A DNA stretch of 31,677 nt from a virus (Duplodnaviria > Caudoviricetes). The stretch spans positions 1 through 31,677 of the IMG/VR virus record IMGVR_UViG_3300033144_002382; one strand, given 5' to 3'. The notes beneath the pieces were generated by a model. The model was not told where the DNA came from, did no database searches, and saw only the letters and a list, made by a program, of their open reading frames with translations. Made by a program: the position numbers and the translations under genes. This document shows positions 6,982 through 14,837 of this stretch, in pieces. How positions within the stretch are numbered: position 1 is the first letter of the stretch; every line of letters begins with the position of its first letter.

Positions 6982-7266
6982 ATGGGAGAATTAAATGGCA
7001 AAGAAGAGAAGGAACTCACAGAAGTTGAGGAGATGGAACTTGAAAGAAGGATGATGGAATTAGCTTATGAGAACTCTTATAGGGTTTTAACTAATAAACT
7101 GTCTTTTAAGGAATTGATGACAGGTAATCATGGTCAGGGAAGAAGTGCTATAATGGCTCATGATCCACAGGAGGGGGTTAATATGAGGGAGATGGATGTG
7201 ATTATCCGTTTCTTTGAGGAGAGGGAGGAATATGAGAAATGTGCAGAGCTAAAGTCTGTTCAGTAA
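6982..7266 (+). CDS. hypothetical protein with a C-terminal UVR-like (EEYEKCAELK) helical motif
   Basis: ATG 6982 lies downstream of the promoter motif and an A-rich leader (track start at 6916 is upstream of the promoter). Confidence 0.65.
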   Translation: MGELNGKEEKELTEVEEMELERRMMELAYENSYRVLTNKLSFKELMTGNHGQGRSAIMAHDPQEGVNMREMDVIIRFFEEREEYEKCAELKSVQ

Positions 7267-7289
7267 ACGGTGTTGAGAGAACATAATTC

Positions 7290-7997
7290 GTGATGAAACA
7301 TTTTGTAATTAATAGATTTAATATAAAGATACATGGCAGAAATAGTCATCTAAAAAGAGAATGGTTAGAGGAAAGATTTGTGATGTATAAGGATACTGTA
7401 AGATCTTTAGGTAACCAAACCAATAAAGAGTTTAAAATACTATTATTAGTACATCCTGATACTCCAATAGATTTTCTTGATAAGATAAGGGCTTTATATA
7501 ATGAGTATGATTTAAAGTATCATATATTATATGTTGGAAAAGGAGAGATCACTATTAATCAAGATGATGAGTATGAAGGATTAAATGAATTTCTTGCAAG
7601 AATGCGTCAATTGAGTAAACATAAAAGAATCATAACATCCAGAATAGATACTGATGATATGTATGCTAATGATTATATACAAAGAGTTAAAGAATCAATC
7701 AAAAATGAACCATATACTGGAATTGTATGTGTAGATTTTAAAAAAATAATCTATACTAATGGAAAACAAAACAATATATATAAATATCCCCATACTACTA
7801 TGTTCTTATCAATTTGTTCACCTATTCCTTCTATTCATTGTTTTAGTCAGATGCATACACGAATTCATAAAGTTAGAAATGTAAAGATTATAAAGAGAAA
7901 TGAGATAGGAGGAAAAATAATGGTGCATGGAAAAAATGTATCTAATATAATGAGAGGAAAGAAAACAGAAATGAGTCTTTCAGATATATTTAAATAA
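7290..7997 (+). CDS. GT-A glycosyltransferase, putative rhamnosyltransferase-like family
   Basis: HFVINRFN..WLEERF..SLGNQTNKEF..TSRIDTDD motif series. Confidence 0.75.
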   Translation: MMKHFVINRFNIKIHGRNSHLKREWLEERFVMYKDTVRSLGNQTNKEFKILLLVHPDTPIDFLDKIRALYNEYDLKYHILYVGKGEITINQDDEYEGLNEFLARMRQLSKHKRIITSRIDTDDMYANDYIQRVKESIKNEPYTGIVCVDFKKIIYTNGKQNNIYKYPHTTMFLSICSPIPSIHCFSQMHTRIHKVRNVKIIKRNEIGGKIMVHGKNVSNIMRGKKTEMSLSDIFK

Positions 7998-8023
7998 TTA
8001 AACTTCATTTATTTAAACTTTAA

Positions 8024-8034
8024 GTGTATATTTG
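8024..8034 (+). promoter_or_regulatory. Bacteroidota sigma70-type -7 element (TAnnTTTG)
   Basis: GTGTATATTTG contains TATATTTG, 27 nt upstream of ATG 8062. Confidence 0.5.
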
Positions 8035-8061
8035 TTTATTGTTTAATTAAAACCAACTAAA

Positions 8062-8403
8062 ATGGCAAAAGCAAAAAAAGTTGTTCCTGAGAATCCTTCA
8101 GATGAACAGGTAGAACTATCAAAAGCAGAATTAGAGAAAAGAAGAGAAGAGATCACTGCTTATTATAAAGAAAATATCAAACATCTTACAGTTCAAAGAG
8201 AGTATGAAGAAGTCTTAAGGGATATAGAAAAGATTCGTGCAGAAAGAGTGCAGGCACAAATGTTCTTGGCTCAGGCAATGGCTCCTAAAGAGGAAAATGG
8301 AAGTGTACCTGGACAAACAGAACAGGATTTTGCAGCAGCCCAAGCAGGAGCTGACTTTGATGTAGATCAAGTTCCCAAAAGAACCTTGAAAAGAACTGAG
8401 TAA
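8062..8403 (+). CDS. hypothetical coiled-coil protein (113 aa)
   Basis: ORF with AAACCAAC leader; TAATG stop/start overlap with the next gene. Confidence 0.75.
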   Translation: MAKAKKVVPENPSDEQVELSKAELEKRREEITAYYKENIKHLTVQREYEEVLRDIEKIRAERVQAQMFLAQAMAPKEENGSVPGQTEQDFAAAQAGADFDVDQVPKRTLKRTE

Positions 8404-9182
8404 TGAATACATTACGTAAGGGAGATAGTGGTGATGAAGTAGTAATCATTCAGAAGATACTTAGTTTAACCCCAGATGGAGGTTTTGGTCCAAAGACAGA
8501 AAAGGCTATAATAGATTTACAAAAAGCAGTGGGACTTGAGGCAGATGGAATAGTAGGCTTAAAGACCTGGGCTGTTCTATTAGGAGAGAATGAGATCAAG
8601 TGGTCTAGAGATGAAATCCAAAAAACAATAGAAGAACTAGGGTATGAATATAATACAGAAGGTCTTTCATTGAATATTGTAGGGATTAGAAATAATAAGG
8701 GCTTAACTGTAACGGATCATTATGATGATTTTATTACTCTGTCGTATAAAGTAAAAGATGAGTGGAGGTTTCATGCATGGTCTGCCACTACAGATCCAGG
8801 ATTACATTGGCTTGGTCATCCACTTAATAAGGATGGTTGTGCAATATTAGCAGCTGGACAATATAAAGATGTATATAAAATAGATAAACATCAGGGTAAA
8901 TATAAAGCCCTGTGTCAGCGTAATGGGAAGGTAAAGGTATATAGAGATGGAAATCAAGATGACATCTATGACTATGATGATGCTACAATCACTGAAGGGT
9001 GGTTTGGAATAAATATTCATCGTAGCTCTGCATATAAACCAACAAATTATGTAAACAAGTATTCAGCAGGATGTCAGGTCTTTCAAGATCCTGATGATTT
9101 TGATGAGTTTATGGATATTGTTACTAAATCAAAATATACCACCTTCACATATACGTTGATAGAAGCTAAAGACATAACATAA
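8403..9182 (+). CDS. putative endolysin: N-terminal PG_binding_1 domain plus YkuD/L,D-transpeptidase-like catalytic domain
   Basis: LRKGDSGDEV..IQ..DGGFGPKTEKAI..Q..GLEADGIVGLKTW (PG binding); GINIH-x14-SAGCQV catalytic-like motif. Confidence 0.8.
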   Translation: MNTLRKGDSGDEVVIIQKILSLTPDGGFGPKTEKAIIDLQKAVGLEADGIVGLKTWAVLLGENEIKWSRDEIQKTIEELGYEYNTEGLSLNIVGIRNNKGLTVTDHYDDFITLSYKVKDEWRFHAWSATTDPGLHWLGHPLNKDGCAILAAGQYKDVYKIDKHQGKYKALCQRNGKVKVYRDGNQDDIYDYDDATITEGWFGINIHRSSAYKPTNYVNKYSAGCQVFQDPDDFDEFMDIVTKSKYTTFTYTLIEAKDIT

Positions 9183-9553
9183 TGGCATTAGTAAACAAAG
9201 TAGAAAAAAAGGTAAAGATGTCAAAGGATGGTGTTATTAAATACCAGATCCTTACATTTTGTTTTTTGAATGATATTCAAATTAGTTTATCTGACTTAAA
9301 CTGTTTAACAGAACTTGCAAGAATAGGAGATTGTGAATTAACTTCTTTCTGTAAATTTGTTTCTGATAAACAGATCTTTAAAAGTCCTCAATCAGCAAGA
9401 AATGCAATTACAAAAGCAGAAAAAAAGAACTTAGTTAATAAAATAGGTAATAATAGAAAGAGTATTCGTATTTGCAATGAAATGGACATACAAACAGAAG
9501 GTACAATCCTCTTAGATTATAAATTTCTAGGAGTTGAATCCCAAAGACCATAA
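9182..9553 (+). CDS. hypothetical protein, possible winged-helix DNA-binding protein
   Basis: ISLSDLNCLTEL...FKSPQSARNAITKAEKKNLV resembles a wHTH. Confidence 0.55.
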   Translation: MALVNKVEKKVKMSKDGVIKYQILTFCFLNDIQISLSDLNCLTELARIGDCELTSFCKFVSDKQIFKSPQSARNAITKAEKKNLVNKIGNNRKSIRICNEMDIQTEGTILLDYKFLGVESQRP

Positions 9554-9899
9554 AATATTCATTGAGAATATAGCTGATCAGGTGGGATTATCACCAGAAG
9601 TAGTTAAATCTTTTATTTCTTTTTATTATTCTGAAGTTAGGCGTAATCTTTCTGAAATGGTTTTCCCAAAGATCTATGTAGATAATTTAGGTACATTTAG
9701 TCTACGTAAGAAAAAATTGGAAAAAGCTATTAATAGACAAAAAGATATATTAGGTAATCTAAAGAAGATGACTTATAAGGGATATGAAAAACATGTAAGT
9801 GTAAAAGAAAAAATTAAAAGTTTGGAAGATGCACTTGTAATGGTTAATAAAATGCAAGATGACAAAAAAACATTTAGAAAATATAACAGAAAAAACTGA
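9534..9899 (+). CDS. HU/IHF-like DNA-binding protein
   Basis: IADQVGLSPEVVKSFISFY...KIYVDNLGTFSLRK follows the HU/IHF helix-helix-GxF pattern; IHF homologues are typical of crAss-like packaging modules. Confidence 0.65.
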   Translation: MNPKDHKIFIENIADQVGLSPEVVKSFISFYYSEVRRNLSEMVFPKIYVDNLGTFSLRKKKLEKAINRQKDILGNLKKMTYKGYEKHVSVKEKIKSLEDALVMVNKMQDDKKTFRKYNRKN

Positions 9900-10089
9900 A
9901 ATAAGAAAGTGGTTAAGAAAGATGTATGATTGCCGTTGGCATTTTACAAATGATGTAATAACTATTATATGTGATAATGAAGAGTTTCATATAGATCCAG
10001 CAACATTAGATGAAAAAGAAACAGACATGTTAATAAAAATAATGCAAGATGAATCTAGAAAAACTAATGAAAGCCTTTGGGAATTTTGA
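9859..10089 (+). CDS. hypothetical protein (76 aa)
   Basis: Fills the gap in the operon, overlapping both neighbours. Confidence 0.5.
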   Translation: MTKKHLENITEKTEIRKWLRKMYDCRWHFTNDVITIICDNEEFHIDPATLDEKETDMLIKIMQDESRKTNESLWEF

Positions 10090-10399
10090 TCAGATTCTGG
10101 AAGGTGTAAAAAATAATATATTTAAAGAGGAGCATATTGAAGCAGTTGCTAAAGTAAGATGGCAGAATTGTAAAATATGTAAACATATAGATTACGTGGG
10201 TACAAAATGTACTGCTCCAGGTACACAACCATGTTGTATAGAATGTGGCTGTAGTTTAGCATGGAAGATGAGGGCACTCTCTGCAGAATGTCCTATAGGA
10301 AGGTGGAAATCTTATATGACAGAAGAATTAGAAGAAGAATTACTAAAAAATTTAGAAGATGAAAATGTTGAAAAAGTTGATGAACCAAATAATAGGTAA
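10049..10399 (+). CDS. Cys-rich putative zinc-binding protein
   Basis: RWQNCKICKH...CTAPGTQPCCIECGCSLAWK...CPIGRW. Confidence 0.7.
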   Translation: MNLEKLMKAFGNFDQILEGVKNNIFKEEHIEAVAKVRWQNCKICKHIDYVGTKCTAPGTQPCCIECGCSLAWKMRALSAECPIGRWKSYMTEELEEELLKNLEDENVEKVDEPNNR

Positions 10400-10426
10400 A
10401 GTTCATGAAGAAGAATATATAGTAAG

Positions 10427-11080
10427 TTGGCGAAGAAAGATGACTATAGATGGTATCTTTTGGGAAAAAGTACATTATCCTTTAGAGAAAAAAACTATAT
10501 GAAAAAAAGATATACTATTAATCCCAATACAATAGAAAAAATGGAGGAACATTATTCTAAACTCACACCATTAAAAGAAAGATTTAATGAATGGATGATT
10601 CCTTATTTATCTACATTGTTAAAAAAGAAATATAAATCAATATTAGAAATAGGATGTGGTATGGGAAAGACATTGAAATGGATAAGAGAACAAAGTCCCC
10701 AAGATGTATATATTGAAGGACATGATCTTTCACCCTTAGCAATATCTGAAGCAAGTAAAGAATATAAAGACATAACTTTTAAAGTAAAGGACTCTATTAA
10801 ATGGGAACCAAAAGCCATATGGGATCTAATTATATGTTCACAAACATTAGAACATGTAGATGATCCTAAAATACTTATATTAAATATGAAGAAGGCTTTA
10901 AAAATAGGAGGTTGTTTATTTATTACTGTACCATATCCAGGTAGTTCTTTAGATAGAGGAGTTAAATTACACCATTGGACACTTTATCCACAGGATTTTA
11001 AAACATTATTAGGTATCTCAGCAAATTGTATAAAAGAAGGTAAACGGCATTTGATTATAAAATATATAAAGAATGAGTAA
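10427..11080 (+). CDS. class I SAM-dependent methyltransferase (start uncertain)
   Basis: Motif I ILEIGCGMG, GHDLS, WDLIICSQTLEHVDDP, LKIGGCLFITVP; small-molecule/sugar MTase type. Confidence 0.85.
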   Translation: MAKKDDYRWYLLGKSTLSFREKNYMKKRYTINPNTIEKMEEHYSKLTPLKERFNEWMIPYLSTLLKKKYKSILEIGCGMGKTLKWIREQSPQDVYIEGHDLSPLAISEASKEYKDITFKVKDSIKWEPKAIWDLIICSQTLEHVDDPKILILNMKKALKIGGCLFITVPYPGSSLDRGVKLHHWTLYPQDFKTLLGISANCIKEGKRHLIIKYIKNE

Positions 11081-11825
11081 ATTAAAGCAAACTATATTAA
11101 CTCAATGTACAGATATTTTTCCTTTAGATATATGTATTGTTACCTATAATAGATTGACCTATTTAGAAAAATGTATTTGGAGTATTATTGCCTCTACATC
11201 AGTACCTTATAGATTATTTATTATTGATGATAATTCAGATGATGGAACTGTAGAATGGTTAGAACATATGCAAAAAAGAGAACTTATTTATAAGGTTATT
11301 TATAATAAGAAAAATATGGGAACTGCATGGAATTTTAATCATATTATAGATCAAAGTAAGTCAGATATTTTTATAATGGCTAATGATGATATGTATTTTT
11401 ATAGAGATTGGGATTTAATTACTCTTAATGCATATAATACATTTAATGATTGTGGAATTGTATCTATATTTAATTGGAATAGAGCACATAATGTTCCAGA
11501 TGTAAAATATATAACAGAGGAATATGTACTTATTCCTAAATCAGGATTAGGTGTAGCAGCCATCAAAAGAGATTTATATCAAGATGTAGGAAAATTTTAT
11601 TTACCCCCAGGAAAAAGAATGGGTTACTTTGCTACACCATTTTGTGCAAAAGTTAATGCATCACAATTAAAATATAATAAACATTATGGACTTACACCAT
11701 ATTATGCTTTACATATGGATGATCCTTGGTGTCCTTTAAATGAAAGAAAAAGTTTAGAAGATTATTCTAAGATGAGAAAAAAACATAAAAGATGGTGGCA
11801 AGGAAAAAAGGGAACAAAAATATAA
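11073..11825 (+). CDS. family 2 (GT-A) glycosyltransferase
   Basis: ICIVTYNRLTYLEKCI, IIDDNSDDGT, NMGTAWNFN, ANDDMYF. Confidence 0.85.
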   Translation: MSKLKQTILTQCTDIFPLDICIVTYNRLTYLEKCIWSIIASTSVPYRLFIIDDNSDDGTVEWLEHMQKRELIYKVIYNKKNMGTAWNFNHIIDQSKSDIFIMANDDMYFYRDWDLITLNAYNTFNDCGIVSIFNWNRAHNVPDVKYITEEYVLIPKSGLGVAAIKRDLYQDVGKFYLPPGKRMGYFATPFCAKVNASQLKYNKHYGLTPYYALHMDDPWCPLNERKSLEDYSKMRKKHKRWWQGKKGTKI

Positions 11826-11836
11826 ATTAAATAATC

Positions 11837-12676
11837 ATGGCAGTAATATTTAAAGAAGATGGACATATATATGAAAGTCTAAATAAGAATCTGGAAAAGG
11901 AGAATATTAAATGGCTTAGTGTAACCTCCTTTGTAAGTATGTTTAAACCTAAGTTTAATTCAAAAGCTCAGGCAAGAAAATCAGCTAAGAATAAAAAGTC
12001 TAAGTGGTATGGGATGGAAGAGAAAGATATCCTGGCTGCTTGGAATGGTGAATCAGAGAGAGCTATTAATTTAGGGAATTGGTATCATAACCAACGTGAG
12101 ACAGATATATTAGACTTTAAAACAATTGAGAGACAGGGAATAGAAGTTCCTATTATTAAACCTATTATAGACAATAATGGAATTAAGATTGCTTCTGATC
12201 AGAAATTAGAAGAAGGTGTTTATCCTGAGCATTTAGTTTATTTAAAGTCTGCTGGGATCTGTGGACAGGCTGATATAGTAGAAATTGTAAAAGGTAAAAT
12301 TAATATAACAGATTATAAGACTAATAAAGAAATAAAGGAAAAAGGTTATACTAATTGGGAGGGTAATACAAAGAAAATGTATAATCCTTTAGGGCATCTA
12401 GATGATTGTAATTTAAATCACTATAATATACAATTGAGTTTATATGCGTATATTATAAAGAAACATAATCCAAAACTTAAAATAGGTGACCTAACTATAC
12501 AACATGTAAAGTTTGCTCAAGCAGATACTGATAAGAATGGTTACCCTATTAGTAAATTAGTAAATGGTGAACCTGTGATAGAAAATATAAAGATTTATAA
12601 ATTACCTTATTTAAAAGATGAAATAAGGAGTATTATTATGTGGCTAAAAGATAATCATGTTAGTAAGAATATTTGA
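11837..12676 (+). CDS. PD-(D/E)XK (RecB/Cas4-like) nuclease
   Basis: SVT, GNWYH, PEHLVY, ICGQAD, ITDYKTN, YNIQLSLYAYI. Confidence 0.8.
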   Translation: MAVIFKEDGHIYESLNKNLEKENIKWLSVTSFVSMFKPKFNSKAQARKSAKNKKSKWYGMEEKDILAAWNGESERAINLGNWYHNQRETDILDFKTIERQGIEVPIIKPIIDNNGIKIASDQKLEEGVYPEHLVYLKSAGICGQADIVEIVKGKINITDYKTNKEIKEKGYTNWEGNTKKMYNPLGHLDDCNLNHYNIQLSLYAYIIKKHNPKLKIGDLTIQHVKFAQADTDKNGYPISKLVNGEPVIENIKIYKLPYLKDEIRSIIMWLKDNHVSKNI

Positions 12677-13175
12677 TATAGAAAATGGAAAGGTTATTCC
12701 TTCAGAACATTGTTATACATTAACATTTCTGAAAAACATTATAGATACATATCCCAAAGAGCATATGAATATATTACAATATTTATTTTATATGACATGT
12801 CCTAGTCCTGATATGAATCCTTTTTTTAATTTACCAGAACATGAAAAAGAAGATATTGTTACTGATGAAGTAAACTTAGATGTCTCATTAGATGATCCTA
12901 TGATTACCCATGCTCTTGAGAGATGTATACAGTTATATGAAACTCCCACATTTAGAGCATATAAAGGTATTAAATCTGTATTAGATAAAATGGCTAGATA
13001 TATGGAAACAACAACCATTGAACATGGAAGAGATGGTAATCTTACATCATTAACTAATGTAGCTTCTAAGTTTGATTCAATAAGACAATCCTATAAAGGA
13101 GCATTTACAGATATGCTACAAGAACAAGAAAGTCAGGTAAGAGGAGGACAAGGATTAGCATATGATCAAATGTAA
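12657..13175 (+). CDS. packaging-region protein, possible terminase small subunit
   Basis: 172-aa helical protein ending VRGGQGLAYDQM upstream of the large terminase; function inferred from position only. Confidence 0.5.
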   Translation: MLVRIFDIENGKVIPSEHCYTLTFLKNIIDTYPKEHMNILQYLFYMTCPSPDMNPFFNLPEHEKEDIVTDEVNLDVSLDDPMITHALERCIQLYETPTFRAYKGIKSVLDKMARYMETTTIEHGRDGNLTSLTNVASKFDSIRQSYKGAFTDMLQEQESQVRGGQGLAYDQM

Positions 13176-13178
13176 ATT

Positions 13179-14837
13179 ATGAAAAATTTAGTATTTACAT
13201 CAGCAGGAGATAGAACTGATTTTGATAATCTTTGGTTAGATGTAGAACGTGAATATGATGTATGGGTAGTATATTATGGAAGTAATGAAAAGACCTATGA
13301 AAGATATAAATCTAAAGTAGATTACATAGAAAAAAGAGTGGGTTCTAAGTTTCAGAATTTTGAACATATTTATAAAACTAAAAATCTAAGTAAATATGAA
13401 AGATTCTTTATTGTAGATGATGATATTATAATAAGCACTCAAGATATTAATAAATTATTTATAATGTCACAAGCACATGATTTTTGGATATGTGGCCCTT
13501 CATTTGATGAAAAGAGTAGAATATCTCATAGAATAACAAAACATAATCCAGGAGTTCTTTTTAGATATACAAACTATATAGAAGTCAATACTCCTTTATT
13601 AACTAAAAAAGCTTTAAATAATTTAATGAAGATGTATGATTCTTCTTTAATAGGTTGGGGTATAGATCATTTATATATATGGGCAAATGGATGGGATGAA
13701 AAAGAAAGATTTGCTATTATAGATGATGTTCAATGTACTAATCCTAAAGAGTCAACTAAAAAAGGAGGAAGACGTGAATTAGAAAAGGTTAAAGATTGGA
13801 AAAGAAGATCTCATATGTGGAACACATTTGAAAAAATACATAATATACCTAAGATAAGAAGGAAATATTATAAGATTGTTAAACTTTCTGAAAATAAAAA
13901 GATATATAGGACTAAACCATTAGTGCCAGTAATTGTAAAACCAAAAGAATATAAAGAACCTTTAAAATTAGAAACATCAAATAAAGATAAAATAGCTTTT
14001 ATGTTTTTGACAAAAGGAAATTTACATCAACCAAGTCTTATATATGAGTTTTTAAAGGAGGGGAAAGATAAGTGTAATATATATGCCCACACAAAAGATG
14101 TAAAAAGTATTGATCAGGATTTTTTATTAAAAGCACAAATACCAGAGAAAGTAGAAACTGAATGGGGAAAGATAGGATTAGTAAAAGCAACAATAGCTTT
14201 ATTAAAGGAAGCTTTAAAAGATCCTACTAATAAGTATTTCTATTTGTTATCAGAAAGTTGTATTCCATTATATCCATTTGATATTGTTTATACTAAAATA
14301 GTATCTCAAAATAATAAATCATGGATTCAAAAAATAATGACATATCAGACATCTAGGCAAAAGAAGTATGATACATTAAAAAATCCTGAAAAAATAGGTA
14401 TACATAACTTGGATGATTTTCATTTATGTTCACAGTGGATGATATTATCTAGAAAACATGCAGAACTGGTTGTAACTCATGATTATACAAATACTATATT
14501 TAAGGATGCACATATTCCAGATGAATGTTATTTTATTAATGTATTAAAACATCATGATAAAAATTATAATGATAATGTAATAGCTGAACACCAAGTAACC
14601 TTTAGAAAAATGACACATCAACATCCCATGTCTTTTAAAAAGTTTGATTATAATATTTTAGTCTATATGAGAAATAGTTCTAAAGGAGTAAGTTATTTTG
14701 GAAGAAAGGTGGGAGATGAGGTAGAATTAACTTATAATGATTTAAAAAAAATTAATTCTTCATATATTCCTAGAAGTAATAAAAAAGACAGAATCTTTAA
14801 AAAGATTAAAACAAAATATGGATATAAATTTATTTGA
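13179..14837 (+). CDS. two-domain glycosyltransferase: DUF707-like GT-A domain plus GT14/core-2 I-branching (DUF266-like) domain
   Basis: N-part: FIVDDDI, GPSFDEKSRISH, TNYIEVNTP, GWGIDHL. C-part: KIAFMFLT, TEWG..LVKA..LL..AL.DP.NKYFYLLSESCIPLYPF, SQWMIL.R.HA, PDECYF. Confidence 0.8.
   Translation: MKNLVFTSAGDRTDFDNLWLDVEREYDVWVVYYGSNEKTYERYKSKVDYIEKRVGSKFQNFEHIYKTKNLSKYERFFIVDDDIIISTQDINKLFIMSQAHDFWICGPSFDEKSRISHRITKHNPGVLFRYTNYIEVNTPLLTKKALNNLMKMYDSSLIGWGIDHLYIWANGWDEKERFAIIDDVQCTNPKESTKKGGRRELEKVKDWKRRSHMWNTFEKIHNIPKIRRKYYKIVKLSENKKIYRTKPLVPVIVKPKEYKEPLKLETSNKDKIAFMFLTKGNLHQPSLIYEFLKEGKDKCNIYAHTKDVKSIDQDFLLKAQIPEKVETEWGKIGLVKATIALLKEALKDPTNKYFYLLSESCIPLYPFDIVYTKIVSQNNKSWIQKIMTYQTSRQKKYDTLKNPEKIGIHNLDDFHLCSQWMILSRKHAELVVTHDYTNTIFKDAHIPDECYFINVLKHHDKNYNDNVIAEHQVTFRKMTHQHPMSFKKFDYNILVYMRNSSKGVSYFGRKVGDEVELTYNDLKKINSSYIPRSNKKDRIFKKIKTKYGYKFI

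Noticed and set aside
10427-11080. DNA methyltransferase explaining the CG depletion
   Set aside because: Lacks PC or DPPY/NPPY catalytic motifs; the LEH motif and adjacent GT2 point to a sugar or small-molecule methyltransferase
11837-12676. Cas4-like nuclease suggesting a CRISPR system
   Set aside because: No repeat-spacer array or other cas genes seen; solo PD-(D/E)XK nucleases are common near phage terminases
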